A stretch of DNA of 36,589 nucleotides from contig DAIRFU010000003.1 in assembly GCA_036794935.1 (NCBI GenBank), positions 1 through 36,589 of the forward strand, read 5' to 3'. The position numbers and the translations under genes are program-made. Origin of the DNA: Kofleriaceae bacterium. Lineage in GTDB: Bacteria; Myxococcota_A; Polyangia; Haliangiales; Haliangiaceae. The notes under the pieces are model-generated. The model worked only from the letters and a program-made list of their open reading frames with translations. It did not search any database and had not been told where the DNA came from. Below are positions 26,818-35,004 of the stretch, in pieces (position 1 is the first letter of the stretch; each line of letters starts with the position of its first letter).

Positions 26818-29061
26818 ATGCGGATCGTGCTCCTTGCGTTGCTCCTGGCGGCGTGTGAAGGACCTGCAGGCCCGCAGGGTGAGGATGGAACCGACGGCGC
26901 CGATGGCGCGGACGGCAGCCACGGCGATCCGGGGCCCACGGGCGAGCCCGGCACCGTACCGCCCGTGCCGTGGCTGGTCGCCGACCAGGTCCAGATCGCG
27001 GTCACGGATCTGACCGTCGATGGCAGCGGCGCGCACGTCGCGTTCACGCTGAAGGACAAGGACGGCAAGCCGCTCGATCGCACCGGCAACCTGACCGACG
27101 GCAAGGTCACCGTCAGCTTCATTCTCGCCCAGCTCGGCACCGCGAGCGACGGCAGCGCCGCGCAGTACACGGCCTACACCAGGCGCAGCGTCAACGCGAC
27201 GCCGCCGTATCCGACCGCCACCGCCACCCAGGCGACGACCGAGGGCACCGAGTCGCGCTTCGAGGTCGTCGACGTGACCCAGGGTAGCTACCGCTACGAC
27301 TTCGAGGCACCGACCACCGGCTACGACGCGACCAGGACCCAGAGCGTGCTGGCCGTCGCGTCGCGCACCCTCGACGGCGTGCAGGCCTGGGACCGCGACC
27401 TGTTCCACGTCGGCACGGTTCGCCACGAAGAGGTGACCGACACGAGCTGCGGCAGCTGCCACGGCTCGTTCGCCGCGCACGGTGGCCGGTACACGAAGCC
27501 CGAGCACTGCGTGCTGTGCCACACCGCGCAGAGCTCGGATCCGGAGAGCGGCAACACCGTCGACTTCAAGGTGATGATCCACAAGCTCCACCGCGGCGAG
27601 AACCTGCCGAGCTTCGTCGCGGACTCGAGCAAGCCCTACGCGATCATCGGCTACGGCAACTCCGTGCACGACTTCTCGACGGTCGGCTTCCCCGGTCCGT
27701 CGACGGACGTCGCGGTCAACATCCGGCGCTGCGAGACGTGCCACGACGGCGCCCAGCAGACGAACTGGTACGCGCGGCCGAGCACGGCCGCCTGCACGTC
27801 GTGCCACGACACGACGGTGTTCACCGCGAACCCGGCGCCGCCACTCGTCGCGCACCAGGGTGGTGTCGATCCGGCGCTCGTCAACGACGGCACGTGCATC
27901 GTGTGTCACGGGCAGACCGCGGGCCCGGCGCCCGTGCCGGCCGCGCACTACACGGGTCTGCTCGATCCGAGCACGGGCACGATGCGCGTCGACATCCAGT
28001 CGGTGACGAACACCGCACCCGGCCAGCTGCCGACCGTTCGCTTCAAGGTGACCGTCGACGGCGCGCCGCGCGATATCCAGGCGTCGCCGCTATCGGCACT
28101 GACCGCGACGATCGCCGGTCCGACGACCGACTTCCGCGAGTTCTGGCAGGCGCGCGTGCAGGGCTCGGGTGCGGTCGGCACGCTGACAGCGGTCGATGCC
28201 GCGGCCGGCATCTTCGACTACACGTTCCCCGCGGCGACGGTCGCGAAGCCGACGCCGTGCACGGAGTCGACGGCCGCCCGCGAGTGCAAGATTCCCGACG
28301 ACGCGACCGGTAGCTACCAGATCGCGTTCGAGGCGAGCTGGACCCCGGCCGGTCAGCAGCGCATCGTCGCGCCGCCGCCGATCGCCGCGTTCGCGGTGAC
28401 CGACACGACCGCCGTGCCTCGCCGCACGATCGTCGCCAACGCGAGCTGCAACGGCTGCCACGTCGACCTCCAGTTCCACGGCGGTGGCCGCAAGGACGTC
28501 CAGTACTGCGTGATGTGCCACAACCCCAGCAACGCGAACGACGAGCGCATCTCTCGGCTCGAGGGCTCGGCGGTGTTCGCCGAGAGCGTCGACCTCCGCG
28601 TGATGGCGCACAAGATCCACATGGGCGAGGAGCTGTCGCAGCCGTACATCCTCGGCGGCAACCCGGCGCCGAGCACGTCGAATCCGCTCGGCGCCCCGGA
28701 GGACTTCTCCGAGCTCCGCTACCCGCGCGCGCGTACGGCGTGCAACGCCTGCCACACCGGCACGACGTGGCAGCTGCCGATGGCGGCGTCGGCGAAGTAC
28801 CTGCCGAGCACGACCGTCGAGCTGACCTGCAGCGAGGATCCGAGCGCGGACAGCGATAGCTACTGCACCGGCGCGTTCTGGGCGATCACGAAGACGACCA
28901 AGATCGCGCCGGAGAGCGCGGTGTGCACGAGCTGCCACGATGCGCCGTACACCGCGGCGCACGCGCTGCTCAACACCACCACGGGTGGCGTCGAGGCGTG
29001 CACGACGTGCCACGGCCCCGGCAAGGAGCTCGACGTCTCGCGCTACCACGGCACCCCGTGA
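26818..29061 (+). CDS. Decaheme c-type cytochrome lipoprotein with MtrC/OmcA-like four-domain layout (beta domain, 5 hemes, beta domain with CX8C, 5 hemes)
   Basis: The start is taken at the ATG at 26818 (MRIVLLALLLAAC, lipobox), inside track ORF 26686..29061. The CXXCH motifs are CGSCH, CVLCH, CETCH, CTSCH and CIVCH, then a heme-free segment of about 150 aa containing CTESTAAREC, then CNGCH, CVMCH, CNACH, CTSCH and CTTCH. Confidence 0.85.
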   Translation: MRIVLLALLLAACEGPAGPQGEDGTDGADGADGSHGDPGPTGEPGTVPPVPWLVADQVQIAVTDLTVDGSGAHVAFTLKDKDGKPLDRTGNLTDGKVTVSFILAQLGTASDGSAAQYTAYTRRSVNATPPYPTATATQATTEGTESRFEVVDVTQGSYRYDFEAPTTGYDATRTQSVLAVASRTLDGVQAWDRDLFHVGTVRHEEVTDTSCGSCHGSFAAHGGRYTKPEHCVLCHTAQSSDPESGNTVDFKVMIHKLHRGENLPSFVADSSKPYAIIGYGNSVHDFSTVGFPGPSTDVAVNIRRCETCHDGAQQTNWYARPSTAACTSCHDTTVFTANPAPPLVAHQGGVDPALVNDGTCIVCHGQTAGPAPVPAAHYTGLLDPSTGTMRVDIQSVTNTAPGQLPTVRFKVTVDGAPRDIQASPLSALTATIAGPTTDFREFWQARVQGSGAVGTLTAVDAAAGIFDYTFPAATVAKPTPCTESTAARECKIPDDATGSYQIAFEASWTPAGQQRIVAPPPIAAFAVTDTTAVPRRTIVANASCNGCHVDLQFHGGGRKDVQYCVMCHNPSNANDERISRLEGSAVFAESVDLRVMAHKIHMGEELSQPYILGGNPAPSTSNPLGAPEDFSELRYPRARTACNACHTGTTWQLPMAASAKYLPSTTVELTCSEDPSADSDSYCTGAFWAITKTTKIAPESAVCTSCHDAPYTAAHALLNTTTGGVEACTTCHGPGKELDVSRYHGTP
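26860..26952 (+). repeat. Collagen-like Gly-X-Y tract (10 triplets) starting one residue (Glu) after the lipobox Cys of the decaheme cytochrome
   Basis: The tract reads GPA GPQ GED GTD GAD GAD GSH GDP GPT GEP G, read directly from codons 15-45 of the gene. Confidence 0.85.
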
Positions 29062-29064
29062 ACC

Positions 29065-30157
29065 GTGAGGGCAATGCTCGTCATGCTCGCGCTCACTGGC
29101 TGCTCCGAGGAGCGTCTGCTGTCCGGACCGTGCGATGGCTGCGTCGTGACGCTTCACGACCAGGGCATCCTCGATCCGGGGAGCGACGCGTTTCACGGGA
29201 CGCTGCTCGCTCGCACGAACTGGGGCTTCGCGCGCTGCGCGGAGTGCCATGGCGAGGACTTCAGCGGCGGCACGAGCGGCGTGTCGTGCGTGAGCTGTCA
29301 CCAGCAGGGGCCGACCGCGTGCGTGACGTGTCACCGCGACGAGTCGCCGTCGCACGCGGTGCACCGCGCGGCGAGCCTGACGTGCGCGGAGTGCCATCGC
29401 GTGCCCGAGCGCTGGGACGCACCGGGCCACATCGTCGACGACGCGCTCCCCGCCGAGGTCACGTTCGGTGCACTCGCCGCGGCGACGCTCGATCCGGACG
29501 ATCGCGAGGGACCACCGGTGTTCGACGGCGCTCGCTGCAGCAACGTCTATTGTCATGGCGCGGTCCTCCACGCCGGTGGTGGCAGCGACACGCAGCCGAC
29601 GTGGGACGCGACCGCGACCGGCACGTGCGGCAGCTGTCACGCGGCACCACCGCCGAGCCACGCGCGTAGCGACTGCGCGACCTGTCATCCGCAGAGCGCG
29701 CCGCACATCGACGGTGCATTGCAGATCGGCACGACGAACGACTGCTCGGGGTGCCACGGCAGCGCGGCATCGCCGGCCCCGCCGTTCGATCTCGAAGGCA
29801 ACCAGTTCACGACCGCGATCGGCGTCGGCGCGCATCAGGCCCACCTCCAGGCACCGTCGGGATTGCGTGGGCCCATTCCGTGCGAGACGTGCCACGCGGT
29901 GCCGGCAACCGTGACCGCGGTCGGCCACCTCGACGCGTCGCCCGCCGAGGTCAACCCGGAGCTCGGCTGGGATCGCGAGAGCCAGACCTGCACGACGTGG
30001 TGCCACGGCGTGGCGCGGCCGAGCTGGACGTCGCACGGCGAGGTCGTGTGTGGCTCGTGCCACGGCGCACCGCCAGCGGATGCGAACCACGACGCCCAGA
30101 TGACGATCGCGACGTGCGTGAGCTGCCACGTCGGGACCCACATGGACGGAGTGCTCG

Positions 30158-30168
<11 letters not shown>
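29065..30168 (+). CDS. 12-heme c-type cytochrome lipoprotein with an internally duplicated CxxxxCH...CXXCH-type module
   Basis: 367 aa with a lipobox (LALTGC). It has ten CXXCH motifs (CAECH x2, CVSCH x2, CVTCH, CGSCH x2, CATCH, CSGCH, CETCH), plus CSNVYCH (CX4CH) and CTTWCH (CX3CH). The start is the GTG at 29065 or the ATG at 29074. Confidence 0.85.
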
Positions 30169-30774
<606 letters not shown>

Positions 30775-30778
<4 letters not shown>

Positions 30779-31065
30779 GGCTGCGGCTCACGGCGAGCGT
30801 GGGACTTCACCTCTCGGCGGTGCTCACGTTGATCGCGCTCGCGCTGATGGTGTGGTCGGTGGTCGAGCCGACGCCGCTGCCGGTGATGGTCGCGATGACC
30901 GTCGGCCAGGCGCTCGGTACGACCGCGTTCGGCATCTTCGTCTGGGTCGTGTTCGCGGACCTCACGCGCCAGCGCGCCGAGCGCAAGTCGCTCGAGCGGA
31001 TCTCGCTCGTCGACATCGAGGTGCCGAAGCGGGGGCCCGCCGGCGAGCCGAAAGAGCACGCGTGA
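30775..31065 (+). CDS. Small 2-TM membrane protein
   Basis: This is the C-terminal part of track ORF 30223..31065. The ATG at 30775 overlaps the previous stop (ATGA). The 96-aa product begins MRLRLTASVGLHLSAVLTLIALALMVWSVV...TTAFGIFVWVVFADL and has a charged tail. Confidence 0.6.
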
Positions 31066-32231
31066 TGAAGCGCGCGCTCGCGGCGATGCTCGCGATCGCG
31101 GCGTCTCGAGGTGCCTCTCCGGCGGGCGCCGATCCGCTGCGCCTGCGCGCCGACGCGCTCGCGACCACGCAGTCGCCCGCGGGCCTGCTCGTGCTCGAGG
31201 CGGACGGCAAGGCGAGCGCGACCGCGAACGCGGAGGCGATCGTATGGACCGCGAACGACTCGGCCGACGTGCTCGTGATCGCGCTGCGCGCACGCACGAA
31301 GGACGGTCGCGTCGGCGGCCGCGTCGGCCGGTTCGTCGCCTCGCTCGGTGCGCTGCGTCCGGTGCACGTCGACGGGCTCGCCGGGCGCATCCGGCTCGGC
31401 AAGCGCTTCGACATCGAGGCGTACGGCGGCATGCCTGTGGTCGCGTTCTCCGAGGGTACGAGCGCGCGTGCGTGGGACTGGGTGCTCGGCGGTCGCGTCG
31501 CGCGCCGGCTCGGGGACTACGGCTCGGTCGGCGTCGCGATGCTCGAGCAGCGCGATCACGGGCAGCTGGTGACCCGCGAGCTCGGTGTCGATGGCGGCCT
31601 CGCGCTCGGCAAGCACCACGACGCCGAGGCGCGCGTCGCGTACGATCTCGCGAACCCGGGCCTCGCCGACGTCCATGGCAGCGTGATCCGCCGCAAGGGC
31701 ACGTTGCGCGCCGAGGCGTACGGCGGCTACCGCGCGGCGTCGCACCTGCTCCCGGCGACGTCGCTGTTCACCGTGCTCGGCGACACGCCGTCGGCGCGCG
31801 GCGGCGTGCTCGTCAGCAGCAAGGTCGCGCCCCGGCTCGAGCTGTCGAGCGATCTGGGCCTGCGCGGCGCCGCCGACGAGCTCGGCGCGATGATCGTCGT
31901 GCGTGCGCGGCTCGCGCTCGACGATACGTTCGCGAGCGCGCTCACCGGCGAGCTGCGCCGCGACGGCGTCGGTGACGACGCGTGGACCGGCGCGCGCGGT
32001 GCCGCTCGCATCGCGCTGCCGCACGAGCTCGTCGCGAGCACCGAGCTCGAGCTCGTCGTGCCCGATACCGATCGCGGCCGTGGTCGCGTGTGGCCGTGGG
32101 CACTCGCCGCGCTCGGCTGGCAACGCGGTCCGTGGCAAGCGGCGGTCGCGGGCGAGGCGTCGGCGTCGGCGGAGTACACGCGGCGGCTCGACGTGCTGTT
32201 CCAGCTGGGCCGTCAGTGGAGCACGCCGTGA
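31065..32231 (+). CDS. Putative outer-membrane beta-barrel protein (candidate porin of the cytochrome conduit)
   Basis: This is the C-terminal part of track ORF 30852..32231. The ATG at 31065 overlaps the previous TGA (TGATG). The 388-aa product has a signal peptide (MKRALAAMLAIAASRGASPAGA) and no Cys or heme motifs. It has many short amphipathic alternating segments (FDIEAYGG, WDWVLGGRVARRL, GSVGVAMLEQR, AEARVAYDL, LRAEAYGGYR) separated by Gly/Asp turns. Confidence 0.55.
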   Translation: MKRALAAMLAIAASRGASPAGADPLRLRADALATTQSPAGLLVLEADGKASATANAEAIVWTANDSADVLVIALRARTKDGRVGGRVGRFVASLGALRPVHVDGLAGRIRLGKRFDIEAYGGMPVVAFSEGTSARAWDWVLGGRVARRLGDYGSVGVAMLEQRDHGQLVTRELGVDGGLALGKHHDAEARVAYDLANPGLADVHGSVIRRKGTLRAEAYGGYRAASHLLPATSLFTVLGDTPSARGGVLVSSKVAPRLELSSDLGLRGAADELGAMIVVRARLALDDTFASALTGELRRDGVGDDAWTGARGAARIALPHELVASTELELVVPDTDRGRGRVWPWALAALGWQRGPWQAAVAGEASASAEYTRRLDVLFQLGRQWSTP

Positions 32232-33259
32232 CGAAGCGCCGCGTCGCAGTCGCGCTCGCGCTCGTCGGGCTCGCCGCGTGTGCGGGCGTGCTCGGTCTTC
32301 GCCCGCGGGAGCCGAGCCCGTTTCCGCATCGCAAGCACGTGCTGAACGGTGTTGCATGCACGACGTGCCACGTCGGCATCGACACCGCGAGCGGTGACGC
32401 GGAGCTGCACCTGCCCGACGAGGCGTCGTGCCTGTCGTGTCATGACAAGCCGCACGATCCGAAGCCGTGCTTTCAGTGCCACTCGCGGCCGACCGCGCGC
32501 GCCGAGCTGATCGAGGCCCGCGAACATCTGCGCTTCGATCACGCGCGCCACGTACCGCGCACGCACGGCAACTGCATGCGGTGCCACGTCGGCGTGGGCG
32601 AGGGCGACGACCGGCTGCGCCCGGCGATGGCGACCTGCTTCAAGTGCCACGACGGCGAGCGGGACATGCGCCGGTGCGACAGCTGCCACCGAAGCCTCGA
32701 GGCCGGCACCGACATGCCGGCGAGTCACCTCGCGCACGATGGTGACTGGCTGCGCGATCACGGTGCGCGCGCCGCGTCGTCGGCGGATCTCTGCCAGACC
32801 TGCCACACCGAGCGCTCGTGCGCGACCTGTCACGGCGTCACGGTCCCGGTGCTGCCGGCGACCCTGCGGTTCGCCGATCCGTTCGCCGCGAGCGTGCACC
32901 GCGCCGGCTTCGCGTCGCGCCACAGCCTCGAGGCGAAGGCCGATCCGGGCGCGTGTCAGACCTGCCATCAGCCCGATCGCTGCGCGGCGTGCCACGTCGA
33001 GAGGGGCGTCGCCGGTCTCGATCGCGCGAGTCCGCACCCGCCGGGCTGGGTCGGCGTGACCGAGAACCTGCACGGGCGCGAGGCGCGTCGCGATCCGGCG
33101 TCGTGCGCGAGCTGTCACGGCGGTGCCGGCGAGCAGCTCTGCGTGACATGTCACAAGGTCGGCGGCATCGGCGGCAGCCCGCACCCACCGGGCTGGTCGA
33201 GCAAGCGATCGCTCGGCGCGATGCCGTGTCGGCTGTGTCACACGCTGGGGTCGCGATGA
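32228..33259 (+). CDS. 13-heme c-type cytochrome lipoprotein (c7/c3-like and paired-CXXCH segments)
   Basis: This is the C-terminal part of track ORF 31982..33259. A GTG at 32228 overlaps the previous stop (GTGA), and a GTG at 32216 is an alternative start. The lipobox is LVGLAAC. There are thirteen CXXCH motifs, including FPHRKH...CTTCH, FDHARH...CMRCH and the closely paired CQTCHTERSCATCH and CQTCHQPDRCAACH. Confidence 0.85.
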   Translation: MTKRRVAVALALVGLAACAGVLGLRPREPSPFPHRKHVLNGVACTTCHVGIDTASGDAELHLPDEASCLSCHDKPHDPKPCFQCHSRPTARAELIEAREHLRFDHARHVPRTHGNCMRCHVGVGEGDDRLRPAMATCFKCHDGERDMRRCDSCHRSLEAGTDMPASHLAHDGDWLRDHGARAASSADLCQTCHTERSCATCHGVTVPVLPATLRFADPFAASVHRAGFASRHSLEAKADPGACQTCHQPDRCAACHVERGVAGLDRASPHPPGWVGVTENLHGREARRDPASCASCHGGAGEQLCVTCHKVGGIGGSPHPPGWSSKRSLGAMPCRLCHTLGSR

Positions 33260-34896
33260 CGAGGCGCCTCGGGCTCGTCGCGTTCGCGCTGATGCTGCTC
33301 GGGGCCATCGGCGGCTTCGTCGCGTGCGGCATGTCGGAGCGGCCGCGCGCGTCGGAGCACGTGCCGGTCGCATACCGCCAGGCGCGCCTCGCGATCGGTC
33401 ACGTCAAGCACGTCGGCAAGGTCGCGTGCGCGGACTGCCACGGGCAGGCGTTCGAGAAGCCGGCCGCCGAGCTGTGCACGAGCTGCCACGCGAAGACGTC
33501 GTCGCTGCACCACGACGATCCGACGACGACCGACACGCCACCCGCGTGCATCGACTGCCACGGCTACACCGACGCGACGGCCACGCCGTGGAACTGCATG
33601 CGCTGCCACGACGAGAAACGCGGCCGCCACGCGGCGGTCGGCGCGCACGCCGAGGAGGACTGCAGCACGTGTCACCAGCCGCACGGCGAGCCGGCGACGC
33701 GGGCGCAAGGCTGCGAGAGCTGTCACCGCGGCCGCGAGACCACGCACGCGGGCCTGCACGGCTGCCTCGACTGCCACGCGATGCACGAGAGCAAGCTGCC
33801 GAACCTCGCCGGCCGCGAGGGCGGGGCGGCGGCCACCGGCTGCGAGCGCTGCCACGCGCAGCAGAAGGGCACGCTGCACGTCGACGCCCGCGCGCTATCG
33901 ACGGGCCACGACGCGTGCACGAGCTGCCACCAGCCGCATGACTTCGAGCCGCGCGCGTGCCTCGATTGCCACCGCGATCGCCCCGAGGGCAAGCAGCTGA
34001 TCGCGCCGGCCAGGCACCAGTGCGCGAGCTGCCACGACCAGCACGACATCGCCGAGCCGCGCGCGTGCGCGACGTGTCACCGCGACGAGGCGCAAGCGAT
34101 CGAGCACCCGGCCACGCCGCAGGGCGCGTGCATCGGCTGTCACCGCCCGCACCAGCCGCAGGCCGCGTGCGAGTCGTGCCACGCGCAGATCCCGCGCCAC
34201 TCCGCAGAGGCCCGGTGCCTCGACTGCCACGTGCCGCACGCCGGCAAGCCGAAGCCGAACGCCGCGTTCTGTGGCGCCTGCCATGCCGACAACGCCGCGC
34301 GCTCGGCGGGTCACGGCGAGTGCACCACGTGCCACGAGAACGCGGCGCACACGCCGAGCAAGCAGACACCCGCGTGCGCGACCTGCCACACCGACAAGGC
34401 GCGCGACATCGGCAAGCATGCACGCTGCGCGAGCTGCCACGCCGACGTGCACGCACCGGCCGCGCAGCCGCCCGCCTGCGCGACATGCCACGAGCGACAG
34501 GCGAGCTCGGTGCCCGCGGGCCACGCCGACTGCGCGAGCTGCCACACCCCGCACGCGCCGGGCACGACCCCGGCGTGCGCGACGTGCCACGCGAGCGAGG
34601 CGAAGACCCGCCACGGTGCGCTCGGCTGCGCGACCTGCCACCGCCCGCATGGCCCGAACGGCATCGCGAAGCCGCCGTCGTGCGTGACGTGTCACGTCGC
34701 GCGGACCGGACCGGCACCTGGTCCGCCGCCCCGGAAGCTCCACGCGGCGAAGGGGCACGCCGACTGCGCCACGTGCCACGTCTCGCACGAAGCCCGGCCG
34801 CGCGACGACCGCGCGAGCTGCCTCGCGTGCCACCAGGACCAGGTCCGCCACGAGCCGGCCGCCGCTCGCTGCGCGACCTGCCACCCGTTCCGTTAA
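33256..34896 (+). CDS. 27-heme c-type cytochrome lipoprotein built from tandem diheme units
   Basis: This is the C-terminal part of track ORF 32818..34896. The ATG at 33256 overlaps the previous stop (ATGA). The 546-aa product has a signal/lipobox (LLGAIGGFVAC). I counted 27 CXXCH motifs by hand, about one per 20 residues. Confidence 0.88.
   Translation: MTRRLGLVAFALMLLGAIGGFVACGMSERPRASEHVPVAYRQARLAIGHVKHVGKVACADCHGQAFEKPAAELCTSCHAKTSSLHHDDPTTTDTPPACIDCHGYTDATATPWNCMRCHDEKRGRHAAVGAHAEEDCSTCHQPHGEPATRAQGCESCHRGRETTHAGLHGCLDCHAMHESKLPNLAGREGGAAATGCERCHAQQKGTLHVDARALSTGHDACTSCHQPHDFEPRACLDCHRDRPEGKQLIAPARHQCASCHDQHDIAEPRACATCHRDEAQAIEHPATPQGACIGCHRPHQPQAACESCHAQIPRHSAEARCLDCHVPHAGKPKPNAAFCGACHADNAARSAGHGECTTCHENAAHTPSKQTPACATCHTDKARDIGKHARCASCHADVHAPAAQPPACATCHERQASSVPAGHADCASCHTPHAPGTTPACATCHASEAKTRHGALGCATCHRPHGPNGIAKPPSCVTCHVARTGPAPGPPPRKLHAAKGHADCATCHVSHEARPRDDRASCLACHQDQVRHEPAAARCATCHPFR
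33427..34884 (+). repeat. Protein-level tandem array of CXXCH-xxH-(6-10 aa)-CXXCH-(7-12 aa incl. His) units
   Basis: Example units are CSTCHQPHGEPATRAQGCESCHRGRETTHAGLHG, CTSCHQPHDFEPRACLDCHRDRPEGKQLIAPARHQ, CASCHDQHDIAEPRACATCHRDEAQAIEHP, CASCHTPHAPGTTPACATCHASEAKTRHGALG and CATCHVSHEARPRDDRASCLACHQDQVRHEP. At the DNA level TGCGCGAC(C/G/A)TGCCAC recurs. Confidence 0.8.
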
Positions 34897-35004
34897 GCAA
34901 CGCGTGCCGGCAACTGGAGCTGCCGGTCCGCGATTTGCCACGTGGGTTTTCGCACCCCAAGCGGCGCTACGCGCTGGCGCCCGCGTTGCAGTTGCCGCGA
35001 GCCG

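Noticed and set aside
34906-34926. Hairpin CCGGCA-N9-TGCCGG just after the 27-heme gene as the operon terminator
   Set aside because: It has only a 6-bp stem with a 9-nt loop and no U-tract. It is too weak to call, so the question of co-transcription with the protease gene is left open.
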